Positions 39,845 to 49,445 of a stretch of 64,000 bases of DNA are shown here, one piece after another (within the stretch, counting starts at the first letter, position 1; the number at the start of each line of letters is the position of its first letter). The stretch spans positions 319,948 to 383,947 of the forward strand of contig NIVC01000981.1 of the NCBI GenBank assembly GCA_002269645.1. Reading direction: 5' to 3'. Position numbers and translations under genes: made by a program. The DNA comes from Macrostomum lignano (taxonomy: Eukaryota). Under the pieces are notes generated by a model. That model did not search any database, had not been told where the DNA came from, and saw nothing but the letters and a program-made list of their open reading frames with translations.

Positions 39845-40815
39845 GGGGCGCCAACCAAGAGACAGGGGCGCCAACCAAGAGACAGGGGCGCCAACCAAGA
39901 GACAGGGGCGCCAACCAAGAGACAGGGGCGCCAACCAAGAGACAGGGGCGCCAACCAAGAGACAGGGGCGCCAACCAAGAGACGGGCGCCAACCAAGAAA
40001 CCGGGGCGCCAACCAAAAGACAGGGGCGCCAACTAAGAGACAGGGGCGCCAACTAAGAGACAGGGGCGCTAACTAAGAGACAGGGGCGCCAACCAAGAGA
40101 CCGGGGCGCCAACCAAGAGACAGGGGCGCCAACCAAGAGACAGGGGCGCCAACTAAGAGACAGGGGCGCCAACTAAGAGACAGGGGCGCCAACCAAGAGA
40201 CAGGGGCGCCAACTAAGAGACAGGGGCGCCAACCAAGAGACAGGGGCGCCAACCAAGAGACAGGGGCGCCAACTAAGAGACAGGGGCGCCAACTAAGAGA
40301 AAGGGGCGCCAACCAAGAGACCGGGGCGCCAACCAAGAGACAGGGGCGCCAACCAAGAGACAGGGGCGCCAACCAAGAGACAGGGGCGCCAACCAAGAAA
40401 CCGGGGCGCCAACCAAAAGACAGGGGCGCCAACTAAGAGACAGGGGCGCCAACTAAGAGAAAGGGGCGCCAACCAAGAGACAGGGGCGCCAACCAAGAGA
40501 CAGGGGCGCCAACCAAGAGACAGGGGCGCCAACCAAGAAACCGGGGCGCCAACCAAAAGACAGGGGCGCCAACTAAGAGACCGGGGCGCCAACTAAGAGA
40601 CAGGGGCGCCAACTAAGAGACAGGGGCGCCAACTAAGAGAAAGGGGCGCCAACTAAGAGACAGGGGCGCCAACCAAGAGACAGGGGCGCCAACCAAGAGA
40701 CAGGGGCGCCAACCAAGAGACAGGAGCGCCAACCAAGAGACAGGAGCGCCAACCAAGAGACGGGCACCAACCAAGCGACAAGGGCACCGTCCAAGAGACC
40801 AACTGTTGGCGCCCC
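39845..40815. repeat. 20-bp minisatellite (GGGGCGCCAACCAAGAGACA) closed by an inverted terminal copy
   Basis: The array begins GGGGCGCCAAC (39845-39855) and ends with GTTGGCGCCCC (40805-40815). Confidence 0.9.
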
Positions 40816-41220
40816 TTAGAATTGCGACTGCCTTGTATTAAAAGTCCTGCACACTCTACTCATGCAGTCACACGCTTACACGGATGTACAGCAGCTGTGA
40901 CTTTCAAATCGTCAGGCATTACAAGTGTACAATACAGTGGTTTCGGTAGATTGCTGAGCTGCCAAAGTCTGTCTGCAGATATTGCGAACTTTAAATTTTT
41001 GTCAGAAAGGATAATAGTTTTTCTAGTTCAGACATTTTGATCTCTACAAAAATAACGCTGGGGCAGTGACTATATAAGGCTTTTTAATTCCTTCAGTCCT
41101 TTGTTGTCTCCCTGCTGAGAGGCCAAGATTGCTGGTACGGTTTTAAAAAGCTTTTTATGGTTTTTAAGATGTAAAAATTAATAATAATTTGTTACACCTG
41201 CTCCAATTGGCACAGATGTG

Positions 41221-41276
41221 CAACCCTCAATTAACCCAGCTAATGCTGACACCCGTTTTACAGTTGGGTGAACTGA
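41221..41276 (-). mobile_element. Fragment of a CORE-type SINE
   Basis: CCCTCAATTA...CACCCGTTTTACAGTTGGGTGAACTGA matches the copy at 57660-57700. Confidence 0.55.
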
Positions 41277-41325
41277 GAAGTCTCCTATTAACTGCAGAGA
41301 GCCTGATCGTTAATTAAATTTGCAG

Positions 41326-41880
41326 TCGAACCAATCAGACCGTCGATCGTCAGTGCCGTCAGGCGTCACTCCGACCACCCTAGTGGCCGAATTTCTCGAA
41401 GTATTTCTTCATCAAGCGCTTCGTCTGTCGGGCGCTTATCCACCTGGCTGTTTCTCTCGACGAGTGGTGTACGATTCGTCCGCCCCGGTGTTCCGCTGCG
41501 CTGACGTTCAAGTTTCTAATTACGTTGGCGAACTGGCCTTGGCGTACGAGGCAGATGCTCGTCACGTTGACGCGATAGATTTATTTTTAGGCAGACGGCG
41601 CCGTTTGAGACTGCGACTGCGGCCGCGTTCTAGCGATGCCTTCACTCTGGATGTCACTCGTCTGGTTGATTGGCCCCTAGCTGAGCTGCAGTCGGCGTTC
41701 TGTCGCCTGTTGTTAGCGTTGAGCGTCTTGCCGATTCCACCGGACGCAGCCGAGGGCAGCAATTGGAGCGTGGAATTCGTTGAAGGCGGCTGCTACGAGG
41801 AAGGCGACGGATTCCATTTGGCTTGCTCGGTGGCTACAGAGTTCTATGCGATCGATCTGATGGTTCAGCTGTTTTCTTAG
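41326..41880 (+). CDS. MAD2L2: REV7/MAD2L2-like HORMA-domain protein; start codon must be supplied by splicing
   Basis: VAEFLEVFLHQAL...GAYPPGCFSRR...YV and the later AFCRLLLAL match the REV7 pattern. Acceptor TTTGCAG at 41319-41325; in-frame TAA at 41311; no Met until the C-terminus. Confidence 0.7.
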   Translation, partial: SNQSDRRSSVPSGVTPTTLVAEFLEVFLHQALRLSGAYPPGCFSRRVVYDSSAPVFRCADVQVSNYVGELALAYEADARHVDAIDLFLGRRRRLRLRLRPRSSDAFTLDVTRLVDWPLAELQSAFCRLLLALSVLPIPPDAAEGSNWSVEFVEGGCYEEGDGFHLACSVATEFYAIDLMVQLFS

Positions 41881-42004
41881 GGCATTTGGCGAGTTTTTCT
41901 AGGGGTGACTTGGTCTTCCGTAACGCGACACTATTGATCCATGTCTTGAGCCATTGGACATTGACTGGCTAACTTTTTTAGCGTTGCTATGTTAAGTTGT
42001 CGGC

Positions 42005-43800
42005 GTTGAGGGGTTGGTCTAGCTATAACGTGTGTACATTGAGGGGTTGGGCTCGCTATAACGAGTGTACATTGAGCGGTTTGGCTAGGTAGAGCGTGTA
42101 TACATTGAGGGTTGGGCTAAACATGTGTACATTGAGAGGTTGGGTAAGAGCGTGCGTACATTGAGAGGTTGGGCTAGGTAGAGCGTGTATACTTTGAGGG
42201 GTTGGGCTAAAGCATGTGTACATTGAGAGGTTGGGCTAGAGCGTGTGTACATTAAGGGGTTGGGCTAGAGCATGTGTACATTGAGAGGTTGGGTAAAAGC
42301 GTGCGTACATTGAGAGGTTGGGCTAGGTAGAGCGTGTATACTTTGAGGGGTTGGGCTAAAGCATGTGTACATTGAGGGGTTGGGCTAGAGCGTGTGTACA
42401 TTGAGGGGTTGGGCTAGAGCGTGTGTACATTGAGGGGTTGGGCTAGAGCGTGTGTACATTGAGGGGTTGGGCTAGAGCGTGTGTACATTGAGGGGTTGGG
42501 CTAGAGCGTGTGTACATTGAGGGGTTTGGCTAGAGCGTGTGTACATTGAGGGGTTGGGCTAGAGCGTGTGTACATTGAGGGGTTGGGCTAGAGCGTATGT
42601 ACATTGAGAGGTTGGGCTAGAGCGTGTGTACATTGAGGGGTTGGGCTAGAGCGTGTGTACATTGAGGGGTTGGGCTAGAGCGTATGTACATTGAGAGGTT
42701 GGGCTAGAGCGTGTGTACATTGAGGGGTTGGGCTAGAGCGTGTGTACATTGAGGGGTTGGGCTAGAGCGTGTGTACATTGAGGGGTTGGGCTAGAGCGTA
42801 TGTACATTGAGAGGTTGGGCTAGAGCGTGTGTACATTGAGGGGTTGGGCTAGAGCGTGTGTACATTGAGAGGTTGGGCTAGAGCGTGTGTACATTGAGGG
42901 GTTGGGCTAGAGCGTGTGTACATTGAGGGGTTGGGCTAGAGCGTGTGTACATTGAGGGGTTGGGCTAGAGCGTGTGTACATTGAGGGGTTGGGCTAGAGC
43001 GTGTGTACATTGAGGGGTTGGGCTAGAGCGTATGTACATTGAGAGGTTGGGCTAGAGCGTGTGTACATTGAGGGGTTGGGCTAGAGCGTGTGTACATTGA
43101 GGGGTTGGGCTAGAGCGTATGTACATTGAGAGGTTGGGCTAGAGCGTGTGTACATTGAGGGGTTGGGCTAGAGCGTGTGTACATTGAGGGGTTGGGCTAA
43201 AGCATGTGTACATTGAGGGGTTGGGCTAGAGCGTGTGTACATTGAGGGGTTGGGCTAGAGCGTGTGTACATTGAGGGGTTGGGCTAGAGCGTGTGTACAT
43301 TGAGGGGTTGGGCTAGAGCGTATATACGTTGAGAGGTTGGGCTAGAGCGTGTGTACATTGAGGGGTTGGGCTAGAGCGTGTGTACATTGAGGGGTTGGGC
43401 TAGAGCGTGTGTACATTGAGGGGTTGGGCTAGAGCGTGTGTACATTGAGGGGTTGGGCTAGAGCGTGTGTACATTGAGGGGTTGGGCTAGAGCGTGTGTA
43501 CATTGAGGGGTTGGGCTAGAGCGTGTGTACATTGAGGGGTTGGGCTAGGTAGAGCGTGTGTACTTTGAGGGGTTGGGCTAAAGCATGTGTACATTGAGGG
43601 GTTGGGCTAGAGCGTGTGTACATTGAGGGGTTGGGCTAGAGCGTGTGTACATTGAGGGGTTGGGCTAGAGCGTATGTACATTGAGAGGTTGGGCTAGAGC
43701 GTGTGTACATTGAGGGGTTGGGCTAGAGCGTGTGTACATTGAGGGGTTGGGCTAGAGCGTGTCTACATGGAGGGTTCGAGCTAAAGCATGTGTACATTGC
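42005..43800. repeat. 29-bp G-rich minisatellite (GTGTACATTGAGGGGTTGGGCTAGAGCGT)
   Basis: About 1.8 kb homogeneous array. Confidence 0.97.
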
Positions 43801-44387
43801 ATCTTAGCTTTGGACTTCATTTTTTGCTACAAAGTCTAGAAACGAAGGCAATCTTTAGTTTTGTGTTCCAGTCTGTCTATTTTTAAACAGTTTATTTGTA
43901 TGCATTTCAACTTGTTCTTTTCAGTAGCTAAGCATTTTTCTCCAGTTCTTCCTGTTTTGTTAATTATTAAAAATATACCGATTGTCGAGTTTCTGTTCAG
44001 TTGCATTAAAGTTTGTGGTTATACTACGAGTAGTTTGAAAATTTTGGTGCGTGGATTTTTGCTTGCTTTTTTAACGCCAGTAAAATTATTCCAGCTAGAG
44101 TTGCAGTGCTAGGTTGGGAAGTAAATGTCTGTTAGTTAATTAAAGAAAAAATAGTTTAGAAATATCCTGAACTGGCTACTGTTAGTAGCAGTGTTTGCAG
44201 AGAAGCTACGGTTGCTGCAATACTGAGCACCACCAACCAGAGCGTGCTGGACGAATTTAGCAAACTGGCCGAGCTGTTGTAGTCTACGCAGTAGGGGCAC
44301 TGGAACGAGCCGCAAACTCTGCAGAGGTCGTTGGCCTGCAATGACCTTGTGCTGTAAAGTGTGTAGTTTCCATTGTCTTCAGAGAAT

Positions 44388-44770
44388 ACCACTGAATTCT
44401 ACAGTTTGGTCAGGAGGGAATGCCACTGAATTCTCCAGTTTGGTCAGGAGGGAATGCCACTGAATTCTACAGTTTGGTCAGGAGGGAATGCCACTGAATT
44501 GTCCAGTTTGGTCAGGAGGGAATGCCACTGAATTCTCCAGTTTGGTCAGGAGGGAATGCCACTGAATTGTCCAGTTTGGTCAGGAGGGAATGCCACTGAA
44601 TTCTCCAGTTTGGTCAGGAGGGAATGCCACTGAATTCTCCAGTTTAGCCAGGAGGGAATGCCACTGAATTCTCCAGTTTAGCCAGGAGGGAATGCCACTG
44701 AATTCTCCAGTTTGGTCAGGAGGGAATGCCACTGAATTCTACAGTTTGGTCAGGAGGGAATGCTACTGAA
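44388..44770. repeat. 34-bp minisatellite (CCACTGAATTCTCCAGTTTGGTCAGGAGGGAATG) in the last intron
   Basis: Direct tandem units. Confidence 0.95.
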
Positions 44771-45629
44771 TTTGCTAAGAGGCCCACGATATGAGCCACA
44801 ATTCTCTCTCCTTACTGACCAGTCTCAAAGTACTCGTAGATCTGGCAGCTCTGCTCGATGCTTGTGTTTGCCACTGGGTGCCATCGGGGCATGCGGATGG
44901 TCAGACAAGTCGACTGACGGGATGAAATCTGCAGAGCCATTATTTTTTATTGGTTGGTGTCGCTCACCGAGGGGGCGAATTATAATTTATTATTTTATCA
45001 CATCGGTTCTCACATTAGTAAAGAAGGCCTTAACAGCGACCCCGTCATTCCACAGGTGCCTGAGGTTGGGCACGGTTGGCCTCAACGCTAGCAGGAAATT
45101 TCTCAGGCCGTAGTTGCTCGAATGGTAGCCAGTGGGAAAGGTGAAGGACAGCAGACCCATGCCGCTAGTCTCGGAGCGTTCTGTCCAAGTCCATCTGGGA
45201 AATGACGTTTGAATCAGGTCATGTTGTTCATCTTGAATGATGCTAAATTGCTAAGATGTTCCTGTTGAGATCGCGCTGGGCCAGATCCCGCAGCGCTCTG
45301 ACTGCAAACGCTGTGTCCTGAGTCGACACCCAGCCGTTTGCCGAATTTTTGGTCTCGGCTATGAAGTTTACGATTTTAGTAACGTTATGCTGCAGGCTTG
45401 CGCTCATGCTCTCTGCCGCATTGGTTGGTTTGGACTTCAACAAGGCGAGCAGAGCGAATGACGAGGCTTGAACCGCGTAAGCGTCGTTTGCGCCTTCGAT
45501 GCGAGCTCTGCGATGGAATGATTTTAATGCATCTGTAAAACTCCCGTGCGCTGGAAACATTGCTGATCTTTTGTGTGAACTTTTTTCTTGTTGGCTTGTG
45601 GTCCAGAACAGATTTTTTAGTCCCAGATC

Positions 45630-45940
45630 TTCAGTTGCTGGGCCAGCCTCCCAGATCCTCAGTTGCTGGGCCACCAGCCTCCCAGATCCTCAGTTGCTGG
45701 GCCACCAGCCTCCCAGATCCTCAGTTGCTGGGCCACCAGCCTCCCAGATCCTCAGTTGCTGGGCCACCAGCCTCCCAGATCCTCAGTTGCTGGGCCACCA
45801 GCCTCCCAGATCCTCAGTTGTTGGGCCACCAGCCTCCCAGATCCTCAGTTGCTGGGCCACCAGCCTCCCAGATCCTCAGTTGTTGGGCCACCAGCCTCCC
45901 AGATCCTCAGTTGCTGGGCCACCAGCCTCCCAGATCCTCA
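45630..45940. repeat. 31-bp minisatellite (CCAGCCTCCCAGATCCTCAGTTGCTGGGCCA) inside a paralog-specific intron
   Basis: Direct tandem units within intron 46001-45508. Confidence 0.95.
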
Positions 45941-46139
45941 ATCCGAACTCCCATCAGATACCCAGCAATGCATTTGCTGCTCAGCAGCGAGCTCCCCAAA
46001 CCTGATCAGAGTTCTCCCAGCGGAGTCGGTCTCCCTGGCAGCCGGTCGCACCCTCTCCGCAGCCCAGTACAGGTAATTATCAGTCCTGGCCGTCCTCTGC
46101 AACAAGTCTCTGGCCGCGAATTTCTCGCTACCCGATGGG

Positions 46140-46420
46140 GATCTTGATGGGATATGGGGATCTACTAGATAAATATTTAGACGAGTAGTTAGATGGGGAT
46201 CTAGATGAGAAACTGGATGGGAATCTGGATGAGAATCTGGATGAGGATCTAGACAAGGATTATCGATGGAGATCTACATGTAGATGATTATCTAGATGGG
46301 ACCTTGATGGGATCTAGATTTGGAGCTGGATGGGGATTAAGATGTGATCTAGATGGGACTGAGAGGATTGAGAGGATTTAGATGAAGATCTAAAGCGAGA
46401 TGAAGGTCAGGATTGAGGAT
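46140..46420. repeat. Degenerate GATGGGATCTAG-type repeat at a deletion junction
   Basis: Diverged 12-13 bp units. Confidence 0.7.
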
Positions 46421-46859
46421 GTCTTACCGCCACATCAATAGTCACTGTCGAGCTGGCGTCCTCTGCAACCAGGGAGAGCGGCTCAGCGCCAGAGAGTGTG
46501 AGTGCGGTGAGCACTCCGCCCAAGAAGGCGAACGAACAAAAAGTGACGAGATTCAGGTCGAGCTTCTTTGGCAGCACGGGAAATTAAACCATCTTGGTGC
46601 TGCCGGCGGGAAGGTATACCATCGTGTGAGCGCTGTGATTGGCCAGCGATCTTACGGAGTAGCTGCCTTGCCGACTCAACGCGTCGACTTGGATGAATTC
46701 GACTTCGGAGCTTTTCTTCATTTCGACCAGAATCTGTTTTCGAGTGACATCGTGAGAAGCTCTTGAAGCATTGGGTCAGCCATGATGAAGAGCGACTGCA
46801 TTTTTGTTATTTGGCTGGCCATACGCTCGTAGTTAAACGGGAAAACGGAGAAACTGGAA

Positions 46860-47465
46860 GAGAGGATAGAGAAATGAGTAGATAGTAGTAGAGAAAGAGG
46901 GGGAGAAGAGAAAAGAGAGTAGATGAGCGAAGGAGGGGAGAAGAAAGTAGGAGAGAGAGAAAAGAGGAGATGAGGAGAGGAGATGAGGAGAGGAGAGGAG
47001 ATGAGGAGAGGAGAGGCGATGAGGAGAGGAGAGGAGATGAGGAGAGGAGAAGAGATGAGGAGAGGAGAGGAGATTAGGAGAGGAGAGGAGATGAGGAGAG
47101 GAGAGGAGATGAGGAGAGGAGAGGAGATGAGGAGATGAGAGGATATGAGGAGATGAGAGGAGATGAGGAGAGGAGAGGAGATGAGGAGAGGAGATGAGGA
47201 GAGGAGATGAGGACAGGAGAGGAGAGGAGAGAAGAGGAGAGGAGATGAGATGAGATGAGGAGAGGAGATGAGGAGAGGAGATGAGGAGAGGAGATAAGGA
47301 GAGGAGATGAGGAGAGGAGATAAGGAGAGGAGATGAGGAGAGGAGATGAGGAGAGGAGAGGAGATGAGGACAGGAGAGGAGAGGAGAGGAGAGGAGAGGA
47401 GAGGAGAGGAGAGGAGAGGAGAGGAGGAGAGGAGATGAGGAGAGGAGAGGAGAGGAGAGAAAGTA
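46860..47465. repeat. Purine-rich (GAGGA/GAGAT)n repeat, intronic
   Basis: Direct. Confidence 0.95.
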
Positions 47466-47806
47466 GAGGAGACAAAAGAAAACGGGTAGAAGTGAGTACA
47501 TCAGTGGGATCTCAATGCGATACTGCCAGCGGTCCCTACCTCAGCCCAGTAGTCGCCTCTGTTGAACAGGGCCACCCTGACGCCCGCGTACTCGCCACGG
47601 ACCAGCCGCCTTGGCGCCTCCAACACCATGTAGAACCTTCGGCTGGGAGTGAACCGAATCGGCGACGTCTGCACTCGAATCCCACCGATTGGATCGATCT
47701 GAATCGCCCCGACAACCCAAGTGGTTTCTTGCTTAGGGATACCGGCTCGCTTGATTGGCGCTGTGCCGTCTGGGCTGGGGAAGTGGAGGAAAAATAATCA
47801 AGATCA

Positions 47807-47910
47807 CACACCTGTTAGACAGTGTCACACCCTGTTAGATAGTGTCACACCCTGTTAGATAGTGTCACACCCTGTTAGACAGTGTCACACCCTGTTAGAC
47901 AGTGTCACAC
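47807..47910. repeat. 20-bp minisatellite (CACACCCTGTTAGACAGTGT), intronic
   Basis: About 5 units. Confidence 0.85.
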
Positions 47911-48289
47911 ACCAGCTGCTAGATCACCCTAACCACACACCGAACATAGAGTTCCTGCCACAGCCAGTTATCGTCGAACACACAATGTCGCATGACCGGT
48001 TCGATTCTCGGAGTGACTTGTCCAGGAAGCGGTTTTTCCTTCTCGGACAGAACTGACTCGCAGTTGAGTTCGTCCACCCCGGTCTCGCAGTCGATGTTAC
48101 CGTCGCACCGGTGCCGATGCCCGTAGCACCTGTCTGGAGTTGAGTAGCACGGGAACGCTCTGTCGGGATTGAGCGTCTCGTTGCACGAGTCTGCAGGAGG
48201 GCAAACACAGGTGCGAATCTTAGTGCAATGCTGTGTGCATTTCCCACTACTGCGCAAGATACGAGCGTAGTTATGTGGGTAAGTCTCTC

Positions 48290-48470
48290 ACAGCTAACAG
48301 GTTAATATCCTGGAACTAACAGGTGAATGTCTCATGACTAACAGGTAACTCTACCATGGCGAACAGGTAAATGTCCCATGGCGAACAGGCAAATCTCCTA
48401 TGGTTAACAGGTAAATCTCCAATAATTGACAGGTAAATCTCCCATAACTAACAGGTAATTAACAGGTAAA
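48290..48470. repeat. Degenerate ~21-bp minisatellite (AACAGGTAAATCTCC...), intronic
   Basis: About 8 diverged units. Confidence 0.75.
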
Positions 48471-49074
48471 CTTCTTTCTATCAGGAAACTCACGCCAAAA
48501 TGTGACAGCCCTATAATTGGCATCCGTGAACAGTAGCAGTCCAGAAAAGTTCATCGTTTTATTCGCGTCGGGACCCGCCGTGGCGGTGGCGAAGTGCACA
48601 GCGCTGGCCTGGTCGGCTCGGTCGTCCTCGAACCAACGATAGGACACCGGCTGCTCCGAATGCGCATCGGAGGAGCGGAGCTCGTCTATCAGCTGTTGGA
48701 GTTCGGTATGCATCAGATCAAAGAGCTGAACTCATTATGCTCAATAGTGAACTTTTTACTGAAAAGCACTGAGTTGTGGACTCCGCATCTCGTGTCCCTT
48801 CGTACATGTAGCATGTAGCAACGAAAGCGTATCGAGATGGCGCTCGATTCAATCACAAAACACGAAAGCTCCAGTGCATAAGTCTGGATAAGTTTTCAGG
48901 TTTCATAGTCTATTATCGATGTTTATACCTTCTATATCGAGGTTGCTATTGCTGTACTGTTCTATCTTGTCAGTATATGAAATTATTTGTCAGTTTGAGC
49001 AACTTGCCCGTGCATATATCATTTTTCTCACGTCGCGGAGATTACCAAACTAAAAAACTAGAAAACTCTCACCA

Positions 49075-49445
49075 CTCGGATCAACCTGTGGGTGGCTTCT
49101 TAAAGCAGAGGGAGGGGTGGTCTTACACCCCCGACTGCCGGAAATCCCGCGCGGCTGTCCCCAGTCCTTCCCCTGCCCTCCGTAAGGCCCTGCTTGGACT
49201 CAACCTCAGGGACATCAGGGCGGTGACCATGGCCCTCTCGGGACATGGGCTGTTTTGCCAGGCATCGTCGCCTACAGGTAAAAGTCCGTAGCGAGGAATG
49301 CGCATTCTTCCCCTCGGAGCACTTCATTTGTGAATGCCCCGCCTTTACTCAGGACATGATCAACTACCTCGGCCCAAACCCGGACCTCTGACGTTTTTAG
49401 GCCTCGAGAATCTCTACCAGCTTGTCCGCTACCTGGTCTACCGGG
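49075..49445 (+). mobile_element. Degenerate 3' fragment of a non-LTR retrotransposon (C-terminal zinc-knuckle region)
   Basis: Frameshifted [21 protein letters not shown] / FARH...EC...EHFICECPAF resembles the LxGH..H..C..C..H.C.CPA tail of R1/LOA/I-group ORF2. Confidence 0.6.

Noticed and set aside
42005-43800. CRISPR-like arrays (this one and the 22-34 bp arrays elsewhere)
   Set aside because: Units are directly adjacent with no unique spacers, there are no cas genes, and the context is eukaryotic.
46584-46586. TAA read as Tyr (alternative code) at the position where paralog 1 has Tyr
   Set aside because: TAA terminates other nuclear ORFs in this window (4618, 6558, 44156, 57976). UAA=Tyr has been proposed only for some flatworm mitochondria. 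A simple nonsense mutation is more likely.
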